Shown: positions 8,567 through 17,675 of the stretch, in pieces
How the letters are laid out: the number at the start of each line of letters is the position of its first letter
Numbering within the stretch: position 1 is the stretch's first letter
Assembly (NCBI GenBank): GCA_001796785.1
Contig: MGNL01000172.1
Span: 11,262-37,089, forward strand
Origin: Chloroflexi bacterium RBG_16_51_16
GTDB taxonomy: Bacteria > Chloroflexota > Anaerolineae > Anaerolineales > Villigracilaceae
Direction of reading: 5' to 3'
DNA: 25,828 nt
The notes under the pieces: generated by a model
The model's input: the letters and a program-made list of their open reading frames with translations, nothing else
Database searches by the model: none
What the model was told of the DNA's origin: nothing
Made by a program: the position numbers and the translations under genes

Positions 8567-9328
8567 TCATTGACCGCCAGATCGGTAACGATCGATCAAT
8601 GCCTGAGTGCGAGGATCCTTTGGACGGGCGAACAATTGCGCTGGACTGGATTCTTCAACAATTTCCCCATCCGCCATAACAACAACCCTGTCTGCAACTT
8701 CTTTGGCAAATCCCATTTCATGGGTAACGACCAGCATGGTCATGCCTTCCTTGGCTAATTTTTTCATAACATTCAATACTTCACCGATAAGCTCCGGATC
8801 AAGCGCAGAAGTGGGTTCGTCGAAAAGCATGACCCGCGGTTCCATGGCCAGGGCGCGTGCGATTGCCACGCGCTGTTTTTGACCACCCGAAAGGCGGTTA
8901 GGATATTCATCGCGCTTCTGGGAAAGACCCACCCTTTCCAGGTTCATTTCTCCAAGTTCGACCGCCTTGGATCGATCCATTTTTTTAACAGTAACCGGAC
9001 CCTCAATCACATTATCCAGAACGGTCATATGGGGGAAGAGGTTGAATTCCTGGAACACCATACCGGTCTTTAAACGGACATCGTGGACCAACTGGCGGTG
9101 CCTGCCACCTTTTTCGCCGCCCTCCACCTTGATGCCGTCCACTTCGATTACTCCAGCAGAGGGTTCCTCCAGGAAGTTGATGCAACGCAGGAGAGTGCTT
9201 TTTCCTGATCCACTCCGACCGATGATGCAAATGACTTCCTTTGATTCAACCTTGATACTTAAACTTTTGAGCACGTGCAATCGACCGAAATATTTATCGA
9301 GTTTGGAGACTTTTACGATGGGAGGCAT
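8567..9328 (-). CDS. Polar amino acid ABC transporter, ATP-binding protein (HisP/GlnQ family)
   Basis: 253-aa ORF with Walker A (GRSGSGKST), ABC signature ([15 protein letters not shown]), Walker B ([11 protein letters not shown]) and an H-loop. Size and C-terminus are typical of the polar amino acid ATPase subfamily. Confidence 0.9.
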   Translation of the reverse strand: MPPIVKVSKLDKYFGRLHVLKSLSIKVESKEVICIIGRSGSGKSTLLRCINFLEEPSAGVIEVDGIKVEGGEKGGRHRQLVHDVRLKTGMVFQEFNLFPHMTVLDNVIEGPVTVKKMDRSKAVELGEMNLERVGLSQKRDEYPNRLSGGQKQRVAIARALAMEPRVMLFDEPTSALDPELIGEVLNVMKKLAKEGMTMLVVTHEMGFAKEVADRVVVMADGEIVEESSPAQLFARPKDPRTQALIDRYRSGGQ

Positions 9329-9329
9329 A

Positions 9330-10235
9330 TCAGCGTTCCCCTTTGGAAAGCCTAGCTTCGATGCGGCTTTGAACGGCGGAAAGGACCAGAGTCATCATCC
9401 AGTAAAAAACTGCAGCCATGATCAAAGCCTCCAGGCTGTGAAATTGAGCACGCCCGACTTTCGTAGCACGCCACATCAATTCATGGACAAAGCCCGTAGC
9501 AGAAATCAGGGCTGAATCCTTGGTCATGGCGATGAACTCATTACCAGTCGGGGGTATGGCAAAGCGAAGCGCCTGGGGCAGAACGATGCGGGTCATCGTT
9601 TGAGTGGGAGTCATGCCGATCGCCTGTGCTGCCTCCCGCTGGCCTTTACCTACTGAACTTAATCCAGCCCGGAAGATCTCACTCATGTACGCGCCATAAT
9701 TTAGTCCTAGCGCGATCACACCAGCCATCAGTCCAGAGAGATTTATTCCCACTTGAGGTAATGCCAGGTAAAAGAAAAATATCTGTAAGAACAGTGGTGT
9801 GCCGCGGATCAACGAGACGTAAAAAGTACTCAAGGCATAAATTGGAGGAATGATGGAAAGGCGACCGAGGGCTGCGAGAAGTGCAAGCAGAGTAGCCAGG
9901 AAAATGGAAAGAATGGAGAGATAGAATGTAACCCCCACACCGCTGGAAATAAAACCAATGTTCGCCCGGATAAAATCCCAATCCAAATGGATTAGCTTTA
10001 TTCCCAAATTTAATTTTTCGCCAGTAAATAGAAAAACAAGAAGAATTAATAATAATCCCCAGGAAAGACCGACATTGGACCGGAACTGGCGTTCTTTTCT
10101 TTGCTGGGCTTCGAAGATCAGCTCTGATTGCGACTTCGAAGGTGTTTTTCTCTTTGCAGCCGAGAGACTCATGGGTGTTTCTCCCTTCGCAGAGGAAACG
10201 AAGGGAAGCGGCACCTTGCCGCTTCCCTTATGCAT
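9330..10235 (-). CDS. Polar amino acid ABC transporter permease (HisM/HisQ/GlnP family)
   Basis: Multiple TM helices and the EAA-like loop region ([39 protein letters not shown]) typical of His/Gln/Arg permeases. The long hydrophilic N-terminus of the ORF suggests the true start may be the internal Met at MSLSAAKRK (about 63 nt downstream). Confidence 0.8.
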   Translation of the reverse strand: MHKGSGKVPLPFVSSAKGETPMSLSAAKRKTPSKSQSELIFEAQQRKERQFRSNVGLSWGLLLILLVFLFTGEKLNLGIKLIHLDWDFIRANIGFISSGVGVTFYLSILSIFLATLLALLAALGRLSIIPPIYALSTFYVSLIRGTPLFLQIFFFYLALPQVGINLSGLMAGVIALGLNYGAYMSEIFRAGLSSVGKGQREAAQAIGMTPTQTMTRIVLPQALRFAIPPTGNEFIAMTKDSALISATGFVHELMWRATKVGRAQFHSLEALIMAAVFYWMMTLVLSAVQSRIEARLSKGER

Positions 10236-10246
10236 TTACCGAACGA

Positions 10247-11149
10247 CTATTTTGGCGCTTGTGTGAGGTCTTCGCCGAACCAGTTGGTGGAGAGATCAGT
10301 CAGGCGGCCATCGCCATGCATGGCCGTGATAGCTTTGTCCACTTCAGCTCGCAGACTGGTGGTGTCCAGAGTGGAAGACTTGTCAAATGCAGCAGCCAGA
10401 TCTTCAGAATAAACAGAGCTTCCCAACTGTTTGACTGGCAAACCAGCGGCAATGTTCGCATTGACCACTGTCTGGGAAGTGACATAGCCAACGAAATCTG
10501 TGCGGCCGGCGGCAATCGCCTGAGCACATTCCTGATCTGTCTCAAGAGAGACTACTTGAACATCGGCAGGGGGTTGTGCATAGATCGATGTTGCCGGAAA
10601 ACCTAGATCACCGCCAGTAAGCCACGTTTCGTAGGTGGTGGCCGCTCCTGCGCAAACTGCCTGACCAGCGAGGTCATCCAGGGAGGTAAATGTGGCATCC
10701 GAGCCGACTGCGATCACAGCTGGAGTGTAGTAATAGGGAACGCTGAAATCCAGGATTTTTTGGCGATCGGTGGTAATCGTCATCGAGCCAACACTCAGAT
10801 CCCACTTATCGACCCAGTTACCTGCTGTAATCAGGTCCCAGGAAGGGGTTGCAAAACAGGTCTCGACACCCAGTGCCTCTCCCACAGCTTTGGCTACGTC
10901 CACGTCGAATCCCTGCATTTCAGCAGTAGTAAGCGCATCCGCGGGGCATTTTGTATCTCCCGGGCGTGAGCCGGATGTATTCAGGAATGACTGTGGTTCA
11001 TAGTTGGGATCGGTGGAAACGAGGACATAACCGCGTCCTTTGATAGCGTCAAGCAGGTTGTCAGCAGCTGCAGGTCCGCCACCCCCGCAAGCAGTAAGGA
11101 TAAGGGCGGTTGCTGCAATGAGGCTGACCGATACGAACAGTTTTTTCAT
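10247..11149 (-). CDS. Amino acid ABC transporter substrate-binding lipoprotein (SBP family 3)
   Basis: 300-aa ORF with a lipoprotein signal peptide and lipobox (MKKLFVSVSLIAATALILTAC-GGGG). Composition and length fit a periplasmic-binding-protein fold. It is first in an operon with the permease and ATPase, and a GGAGGAG Shine-Dalgarno lies 4 nt upstream of the ATG. Confidence 0.75.
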   Translation of the reverse strand: MKKLFVSVSLIAATALILTACGGGGPAAADNLLDAIKGRGYVLVSTDPNYEPQSFLNTSGSRPGDTKCPADALTTAEMQGFDVDVAKAVGEALGVETCFATPSWDLITAGNWVDKWDLSVGSMTITTDRQKILDFSVPYYYTPAVIAVGSDATFTSLDDLAGQAVCAGAATTYETWLTGGDLGFPATSIYAQPPADVQVVSLETDQECAQAIAAGRTDFVGYVTSQTVVNANIAAGLPVKQLGSSVYSEDLAAAFDKSSTLDTTSLRAEVDKAITAMHGDGRLTDLSTNWFGEDLTQAPK

Positions 11150-11159
11150 GATCTCCTCC

Positions 11160-11175
11160 GAATAGTGAATTATTC
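11160..11175. promoter_or_regulatory. Inverted repeat GAATA-N6-TATTC in the 5' UTR of the transporter-DDAH operon (candidate operator)
   Basis: GAATAGTGAATTATTC sits directly upstream of the Shine-Dalgarno of the substrate-binding-protein gene. It contains TGAAT/ATTC half-site-like elements. I treat it as hypothetical. Confidence 0.25.
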
Positions 11176-11422
11176 TCGAGCGGGAATCCCATTTTGTGAA
11201 AGACCGATTTCGAAACCCAACAGCCTCCTTTCACTTTTTGGCGGCTTGTGTATTAATCCGCAAGGATAGACCATTTTAAGCATTTGCGCAAGTGATGTCA
11301 GGCACATATTTTTCAAAGCATCTTATTGAAGCTCATCGCGGATATGCTCGTGTTGATTTTGAGGTTGAGAGTTGGTGCGAATGGTAAAATGAATAGTCAG
11401 AAATCAGAAAGAGGAGGCAGGG

Positions 11423-11833
11423 ATGCCGGCGATTTTCCCCAGTGCGGAATGGTTGAAAACCCTGGAAGAAAAACTCAATCACGACCAGCGCTATAACGAA
11501 ATCGCTAACAAATGGGAGGGGGAATTATTTTTCATAATTGAACCAGAGCTCAGCCTGACCGAAGAACTGAGATTTTATCTTGATCTATGGCATGGAACCT
11601 GCCGTAAAGTTGAGTATCAGCCGTCCCAGGAGGCTTATCCAAAAGCGGCTTACAGATTAACTGCAACGTATGGACATATCCGGGACATCCTCACAGGTAA
11701 ATTACATCCCATGACAGCCATGTTGACCAATAAATTACGTCTGAAGGGAAGCATGGCATATATGATGAGGAATGTACCAACCGTATTGGATTTTGTCCGA
11801 TGCGCCCAGGAAGTTACTTCAGAAGTTCAATAA
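11423..11833 (+). CDS. SCP2 (sterol carrier protein 2) domain protein
   Basis: 136-aa ORF. The C-terminal motif LTGKLHPMTAMLTNKLRLKGSMAYMMRN matches the SCP2 signature (GKLxPxxAFMxGKLKIxGNMxxAMK). A strong AGAGGAGG Shine-Dalgarno precedes it. Confidence 0.7.
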   Translation: MPAIFPSAEWLKTLEEKLNHDQRYNEIANKWEGELFFIIEPELSLTEELRFYLDLWHGTCRKVEYQPSQEAYPKAAYRLTATYGHIRDILTGKLHPMTAMLTNKLRLKGSMAYMMRNVPTVLDFVRCAQEVTSEVQ

Positions 11834-11865
11834 TAAAATCCGTTAGTTATTGAGATTAGGTACTC

Positions 11866-13683
11866 ATGCAGCCGATTCTAAGGGTAAACCTATCCACCGG
11901 CGAATTTACGGATTATTTGATTCCAGATAATTGGCAACGTGATTACCTTGGGGGTGCCTCACTCGCCGCCCGCCTGCTTTATTCCACTTTGACGAAGGGG
12001 CTGGAGCCGTTCTCGCCTGAAGCACCCTTGTTGTTTTTAAATGGACCACTGAGCGGTACAGCTGGCCCGGCAACAGGCCGCTTCGTAGTGTGTGGACTCG
12101 GTGCAGCCACAAAATTGTGGGCTGAATCAAATATCGGAGGATTCTGGGGAGTTGAATTGAGAAAAGCAGGTTTTGACGGAGTTTGGATAACGGGAAGGTC
12201 GGATCGAGCTGTATACCTTTGGATCGATGAGGGTAAGTGCGAATTGAGGGACGCCGCACGTTTGTGGGGTAAAGATGTTTATGATACGCAGTCGCTCGTG
12301 AAGGAGGAATTACAACGGAAATCTGTGCACGTCGCGGTGATAGGACCCGCGGGTGAACGCGGTGTGTCCTATGCATCCATTTGCTGCGATCATGGGCGGA
12401 TGGCAGGTAGAACCGGCTTGGGTGCGGTCATGGGAGCTAAAAAACTCAAAGCCATCGCCGTTCATGGGTCGCGCGCGGTTCCGGTAACCGACACTGAACG
12501 ATACGCTCCATTGCGTTCTCAAGCCAACCGATTTCTAAAGCAGGATAATGAGGCGAAAGCCTTGCATGAGATCGGCACAGCTGCAGCGGCTGATTATTCA
12601 GAGTATCTCGGATCAATGCCGGTGAAATATTTCTCAGAGGCTATATTTCCCTCGGTCGATGATATTTCCGGTTCGCACATGGCAGAAACAATCCTGACTG
12701 GACAGAGCGCCTGCCATGCCTGTGTGATCGCATGCGGAAGAGTGGTACAGATAGGAGATGGTATAAAACGGAAGGGTCCCGAATATGAAACCATATGCAG
12801 CTTTGGCCCGAACCTGTTGATCGCTGACCTCGTAGATATCACCCTGTTAGGCGAATTGTGCGACCGATATGGAATCGATACGATCAGCACTGGAAATACC
12901 ATTGGGCTGGCGATCCATTTATTTGAAATGGGAAAACTTACCTCCGAAGATACCGGAGGTTTATCACTCAGATGGGGGGACGCCCGGCAGGTTCAAGCGC
13001 TAATCCATCAGATTGGCAATCGCGAAGGATTTGGTGACATCCTGGCAGAAGGCTCCAGGGAACTTGGCAGGCGATTCAAATCGGAGGAGGAAGCCGTCCA
13101 GGTGAACGGTCTCGAGGTTGCCTACCACGACCCTCGAGGTGTATCCGGGATGGGCCTCGTATACGCCACATCCCCGAGAGGGGCATGTCATAATCAATCC
13201 GATTATTTTTTTGTTGACTGGGGCCACACGGAAGAATCAGTCGGGGTCGGTTTTTATGAGCGGCATGCCCAGGCGGAGAAATCTGCGAACGTTGCCAGAC
13301 ACCAGGATTGGCGGACGGTATACAATTCACTGGTCATGTGCATTTTTTCTAATGTCAGCCCTCAGATGTTGGTCGACCTTGTCAATGCAGCCTGCGGCCT
13401 CGGGTGGACGATACCTGAAATGATGAAAGCCGGGGAGCGCGCCTGGAACTTGAAACGGGCGATCAACCATCGCCTGGGTTTGCAGCGAGTGAATGACAAA
13501 CTCCCCAAAGCTTTATTGCAACCTTACAAGTCTGGTGGCTCAGCCGGATACAGTGTGAATTTGGACGAAATGCTTGACGCTTATTACATCGCACGTCAGT
13601 GGGATCCATCGACGGGAAAACCGACAGAAAAAAAACTCGTCGATCTTGGTTTGGCTGATATCGCAGCAGATCTATGGTCTTAA
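11866..13683 (+). CDS. aor: Aldehyde:ferredoxin oxidoreductase (tungsten-containing AOR family)
   Basis: 605-aa ORF. The N-terminus MQPILRVNLSTGEFTDYLIPDNWQRDYLGGASLAARLLY is the conserved AOR N-domain. A [4Fe-4S] cysteine motif (SACHACVIACGR) is present. Length is typical. Confidence 0.85.
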   Translation: MQPILRVNLSTGEFTDYLIPDNWQRDYLGGASLAARLLYSTLTKGLEPFSPEAPLLFLNGPLSGTAGPATGRFVVCGLGAATKLWAESNIGGFWGVELRKAGFDGVWITGRSDRAVYLWIDEGKCELRDAARLWGKDVYDTQSLVKEELQRKSVHVAVIGPAGERGVSYASICCDHGRMAGRTGLGAVMGAKKLKAIAVHGSRAVPVTDTERYAPLRSQANRFLKQDNEAKALHEIGTAAAADYSEYLGSMPVKYFSEAIFPSVDDISGSHMAETILTGQSACHACVIACGRVVQIGDGIKRKGPEYETICSFGPNLLIADLVDITLLGELCDRYGIDTISTGNTIGLAIHLFEMGKLTSEDTGGLSLRWGDARQVQALIHQIGNREGFGDILAEGSRELGRRFKSEEEAVQVNGLEVAYHDPRGVSGMGLVYATSPRGACHNQSDYFFVDWGHTEESVGVGFYERHAQAEKSANVARHQDWRTVYNSLVMCIFSNVSPQMLVDLVNAACGLGWTIPEMMKAGERAWNLKRAINHRLGLQRVNDKLPKALLQPYKSGGSAGYSVNLDEMLDAYYIARQWDPSTGKPTEKKLVDLGLADIAADLWS

Positions 13684-13799
13684 AGCCTCGAAGATCTTTC
13701 TAACCTGCAAGAATTCATTCCAGGAATTAATAATTCACTTAAGTTTACAATCGCTGACCAGGTAATTAATTCAACCCGTATAAATAATTGGAATAACCA

Positions 13800-15425
13800 A
13801 TGAAACTAGTCACTGTAAAGCAAATGAGAGAAATCGAATCGGAAGCAAATGCTGCCGGTTTTTCCTATGATCAAATGATGGCCAATGCAGGTATGGGTCT
13901 TGCGCAAGAGGTTAAGAATCTCGGTTTGAAATTAGACAAACAAGTCATCCTGGGATTGGTCGGACCGGGGAATAATGGCGGAGATACACTTGTTGCCCTA
14001 ACACATCTCGCCAGGGAGGGTTGGTCCAGCCATGCCTATTTAATCGATCGGAAAAAAGATAACCTAGTCACTCAATTAATAAATTCAGGCGGAGGGGTAC
14101 TCGACGCAGCTGCGGATGGTAATCACAAGAACATGGCGGATCTCCTGAAGGAATCAGGAGTGCTCTTGGACGGAGTTCTTGGGACCGGGATACGACTACC
14201 TCTAAAGCAAGAAATAGGTAATGTTTTGAACGCGGCCAAGGAGACCCTGTCCAAACTCTCTCAGCCGCCAATCGTTGTTGCGGTGGATTGTCCGTCCGGT
14301 GTGGATTGCGACACCGGCGAGGTTGCAAAAGAATCCCTGCGGGCAGATGTTACGGTAACTATGGCAGCTGTAAAACTAGGGATGGTTCAGCTGCCAGCGT
14401 TCGAAGTTGTTGGCGAACTGGTCGTCGTGGACCTTGGATTCCCCCACAAATTAAAGGCCCTCGAAAAGATAACCACCGAGGTTGCAGATCGTGCCATGAT
14501 CAAGAGCATATTACCTTCCAGACCAGCGGATGCACATAAAGGCACTTTCGGAACGATCATGATCGCCGCCGGTTCGACGAATTACACAGGCGCCGCGCTC
14601 CTGGCAGGAAAAGCTGCGTACCGCTCAGGCGCTGGATTGGTAACCCTTGCGATACCTGCATCCATGCATACCGCGATTGCGGGTCAGTTTCCGGAAGCTA
14701 CATGGATCCTGTTGCCCCATCAACAAGGTGTGATCGCACGCGAAGCTGCGGAGGTCTTGTCAAAAAATCTGGATCGTGCCACAGCCCTGCTGGTCGGTCC
14801 GGGGTTTGGAACGGAGACCACGACCCGCGAATTCATTGAAAAACTGCTGTCCGGGCAGACAGCCAACCGGCGACCTGGAAGCCGTATCGGTTTCGTACAC
14901 GAAACTGAACAGGTAAAAGAGGCGGGTGATCAAAGCCTGCCGCCACTCGTATTTGATGCAGATGGACTTAAACTGCTGGCGAATATCAAGGATTGGCATA
15001 AATTATTGCCTCTCCATTCCATCCTTACGCCGCATCCCGGGGAAATGTCCGTATTGACCGGATTGGCAAAAGAAGAGATCCAAGCTTCGAGATCTAAAAT
15101 TGCCATGACGTACTCAACCGATTGGGGTCATGTGGTGGTGCTCAAAGGTGCATTGACGATTGTCGCTGACCCTGATGGAAGGTCTTCGGTGATACCGGTG
15201 GCAACCGCAGCTCTGGCTCGCGCCGGAAGCGGAGATGTACTGGCAGGCGTGATCGTTGGATTGTTAGGGCAGGGACTTGAACCTTATCAGGCAGCGGTTG
15301 CCGGGGCGTGGATCCATGGTCAGGCTGGGATGGTTGCACAGGAAGAATTGGGTAGTTCAGCAACGGTTATGGCAGGCGATATCCTTGATTCGATCCCGGA
15401 CGTATATTACGAACTCAGCTTTTAA
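13800..15425 (+). CDS. nnr: Bifunctional NAD(P)H-hydrate repair enzyme Nnr (YjeF_N epimerase + ADP-dependent dehydratase)
   Basis: 541-aa ORF. The N-terminal YjeF_N motif is LVGPGNNGGDTLVALTHL. The C-terminal carbohydrate-kinase-like domain has GSGDVLAGVIVGLLGQG. Confidence 0.9.
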   Translation: MKLVTVKQMREIESEANAAGFSYDQMMANAGMGLAQEVKNLGLKLDKQVILGLVGPGNNGGDTLVALTHLAREGWSSHAYLIDRKKDNLVTQLINSGGGVLDAAADGNHKNMADLLKESGVLLDGVLGTGIRLPLKQEIGNVLNAAKETLSKLSQPPIVVAVDCPSGVDCDTGEVAKESLRADVTVTMAAVKLGMVQLPAFEVVGELVVVDLGFPHKLKALEKITTEVADRAMIKSILPSRPADAHKGTFGTIMIAAGSTNYTGAALLAGKAAYRSGAGLVTLAIPASMHTAIAGQFPEATWILLPHQQGVIAREAAEVLSKNLDRATALLVGPGFGTETTTREFIEKLLSGQTANRRPGSRIGFVHETEQVKEAGDQSLPPLVFDADGLKLLANIKDWHKLLPLHSILTPHPGEMSVLTGLAKEEIQASRSKIAMTYSTDWGHVVVLKGALTIVADPDGRSSVIPVATAALARAGSGDVLAGVIVGLLGQGLEPYQAAVAGAWIHGQAGMVAQEELGSSATVMAGDILDSIPDVYYELSF

Positions 15426-15446
15426 ATCCCGAGTGTTTAAAACAAT

Positions 15447-15473
15447 AACCTCCCGGAACTATTCCGGGAGGTT
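15447..15473. terminator. Perfect 12-bp inverted repeat hairpin (AACCTCCCGGAA-cta-TTCCGGGAGGTT) between convergent nnr and SPFH genes; likely bidirectional terminator
   Basis: Perfect 12-bp stem with a 3-nt loop. On the minus strand it is followed by ATTGTTTT, so it is the better terminator for the SPFH gene. On the plus strand it is followed by AATAAT, which is weaker. Confidence 0.5.
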
Positions 15474-15518
15474 AATAATCCGAAACCTGCACCAGGTCAC
15501 AAGGGCGACCTGATCAAT

Positions 15519-16547
15519 TTAACCTTTTAAGAAATCCTCCAGAGCAGACTTGCTTATTCGGTAGGAATTTCCCATCTTCTTTGCTTTCAAGCTCTTATCT
15601 TGAATTGCGGCCAAGACATCTTCCTCGGATACTTTGAGAATTCCCGCCGCTTCACTTGGTGTCATCACGTCCGGGATGGTGACCGGTTTTCCACCTGTGC
15701 CAGACGCACCACTCTGCAAAGCCTGGCCCATAAGGTTTCCGATGCCCATTCCGGCTCCGATTCCAGCGGTGAGGCCTGCTCCACCACTCGGGTTGCTGGC
15801 TGCATCCCGCATGGCATCTGCAGCTTGAAGCTGGGTGTAGGTTGCCATATCGAGCATGCCCATTGCGCGCAGCTCTTCGGCCGATTTGTCTGAAGGCTTG
15901 AGGTTTCCAACGTAAAATGTTTTAAGGGTGAGTCCCAATGCTTCGAAATCATCCTGGGTCTTCGCCCGGACAGCCGCACCGATCTCTTCGGTCAAACCGA
16001 TCATTTCTGGAACCGAGTTCTTGGCTCCGGTTTCACCAAGTACATCCTGTAATTTGGATAAAAGCATGGTCCGCAGCCGCTCCTCAATTTCAGCGGTTTG
16101 GTAAGCAGCACGCGCTCCCACGATCTGGGTTACGAACTGTTGAGGATCCCTTACCTGGAATGAATAAGTACCAAAGCCTTGGAGCAAGGCTACGCCCAGC
16201 CCCATATTTGGATTGCGGACAATAATCGGTTGGGGGGTGCCCCATTTTTTATTAGCAAATTCCTTGCGCGAGACAAAATAGACCTCCACTGGAAATGGAG
16301 TGCGATCATTGAACGCCTTGCCTATAAAATCGATCAGTTTGGGTATATTTGCCGTGGTGATGGTATGTCTTCCGGGTCCAAACACATCCAGTGCGTTGCC
16401 ATCCCTGAAAAAAACCACGGATTGGGATTCGCGTACGATCACCTGCGATCCAATTCGGTAGTCACCTATGCCAGTTTCTGGGAAACGGTGCACAAGCTCG
16501 TCGGACATTTCATTCGGATATTCTATGACGTCAAAAATCCTTGCCAT
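15519..16547 (-). CDS. SPFH/Band-7 domain protein with C-terminal excisionase-family helix-turn-helix domain
   Basis: 342-aa ORF. The N-terminus MARIFDVIEYPNEMSDELVHRFPETGIGDYRIGSQVIVRESQSVVFFRDGNALDVFGPGRHTI matches the widespread bacterial SPFH-domain family (MGxFDxIxxE...LxVxESQxAVFxxxGxxxDxFGPGRHTL). The C-terminus MTPSEAAGILKVSEEDVLAAIQDKSLKAKKMGNSYRISKSALEDFL resembles MerR/excisionase HTH_17. Glycine-rich linker. Confidence 0.65.
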   Translation of the reverse strand: MARIFDVIEYPNEMSDELVHRFPETGIGDYRIGSQVIVRESQSVVFFRDGNALDVFGPGRHTITTANIPKLIDFIGKAFNDRTPFPVEVYFVSRKEFANKKWGTPQPIIVRNPNMGLGVALLQGFGTYSFQVRDPQQFVTQIVGARAAYQTAEIEERLRTMLLSKLQDVLGETGAKNSVPEMIGLTEEIGAAVRAKTQDDFEALGLTLKTFYVGNLKPSDKSAEELRAMGMLDMATYTQLQAADAMRDAASNPSGGAGLTAGIGAGMGIGNLMGQALQSGASGTGGKPVTIPDVMTPSEAAGILKVSEEDVLAAIQDKSLKAKKMGNSYRISKSALEDFLKG

Positions 16548-16659
16548 GGATCTCTCCTTGTTTATATACTATGAAGATTATAGCCCATGAGGAAATCTGT
16601 TACAAGCCATTCCTACTCAATAAGGATATACGCCAAAACCGTTAACCGGTTTCAATGAA

Positions 16660-16676
16660 TTAATGAAATTCATTAA
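16660..16676. promoter_or_regulatory. 17-bp near-perfect palindrome TTAATGAA(A)TTCATTAA overlapping the 3' end of the DUF1684 gene, about 113 bp upstream of the SPFH-HTH gene
   Basis: Read directly from the sequence: 8-bp arms around a central A. An AT-rich region lies between it and the SPFH start. Confidence 0.3.
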
Positions 16677-17505
16677 TAATGTTGTGACCATAAGCCTCAC
16701 CTGCAAGGATATAAAAATTCAACCGATTTTGTTGAGGTGCGAAAATACAGGTTGCATGAGGAGTAAAAGCACACGGGGGATTATAGGAGAAATTAAAATC
16801 CAATTCCAAGTGGTTAGTATTAGCTGGCTTTAGGACCATATAACGCCCTGCGGGATAAGAGGTAGATTTGCTGCTTTCATCCCAGAAACGCAGGAAAAGA
16901 GTCTCATCGTTCTCCAGGCTGACAACCAGATTGGAGGAGGTGTTTTTATATTCAAAAGAAATTGTACCGACCACATCCAGGTCCGAGAAATCACCAGAGA
17001 CATCCGGAAAGGAGAGGGTCCTAGGCTCACTGTATGGGTGATACACCGCTGGAAATCGATAGTTTTCATCGATCTCATACCATGTCCGAGGAGGGTGATC
17101 TGTTCGCTCAGGTCTTGAGTTATCCCACATCCGTATTCCAAATCTTTTCCCCCGCTTGATCAGGACCATGCTCATTTTCTCGAAATTGATAAAAGTAGGA
17201 TTTTCTTCTACATCAGAGACAAGTTTGGTCTCTATATGGGAGAATGTATTTAATGGACCACCAGTTTCCGGATCAGGATGAAAATGCACCGCATCCTCAT
17301 TCCATTCAAAATGACCCAACCGAGCGGGAAAACCTTCGGGTAACTTGACCTCACAATCTTGTGCCGAACCGAGTAGATTTATCCCAGGTCTCAGCCAGAA
17401 GAGGCCGCACAATGCCAGCCAGCCATTCTCTTTGCGGAGATTTTCTTCCCGCTCATTGCGCCATTCAATAACTCTATCTCGGTATGCTTTGCTTGACATT
17501 CTCAA
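16660..17505 (-). CDS. DUF1684 family protein
   Basis: 281-aa ORF. The N-terminal pattern YRDRVIEWRNEREENLRKENGWLALCGLFWL and the C-terminal SYNPPCAFTPHATC resemble the conserved WR...R and NPxCA motifs of DUF1684 proteins. Confidence 0.55.
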   Translation of the reverse strand: MRMSSKAYRDRVIEWRNEREENLRKENGWLALCGLFWLRPGINLLGSAQDCEVKLPEGFPARLGHFEWNEDAVHFHPDPETGGPLNTFSHIETKLVSDVEENPTFINFEKMSMVLIKRGKRFGIRMWDNSRPERTDHPPRTWYEIDENYRFPAVYHPYSEPRTLSFPDVSGDFSDLDVVGTISFEYKNTSSNLVVSLENDETLFLRFWDESSKSTSYPAGRYMVLKPANTNHLELDFNFSYNPPCAFTPHATCIFAPQQNRLNFYILAGEAYGHNIINEFH

Positions 17506-17675
17506 TTCGAAATGCTGGATATTTCCAAATCTAGATTTTTTATCAACTTGATCATGGATTTCGGTCTGGCAAATTGAAAAGTTTAGGAGAATGGTTGTGA
17601 AGGTCGATTGCTAATCCATCAATAGCCTCGATCAATTGCGAGATGATCATTTTCTGGTACTGCAGGAATTACACA

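Noticed and set aside
11160-11175. ARG box (ArgR operator) upstream of the transporter-DDAH operon
   Set aside because: The element contains TGAAT/ATTC-like half-sites, but the spacing (GAATA-N6-TATTC / TGAAT-T-ATTC) does not match the canonical 18-bp TNTGAATWWWWATTCANW ARG box. I report it only as an uncharacterised inverted repeat.
13684-13799. Imperfect inverted repeats (GAATTCATTCC...GGAATTAATAATTC) between aor and nnr as a terminator or operator
   Set aside because: The arms are not properly complementary. There is no stable GC-rich stem and no U-tract. It is most likely just an AT-rich spacer.
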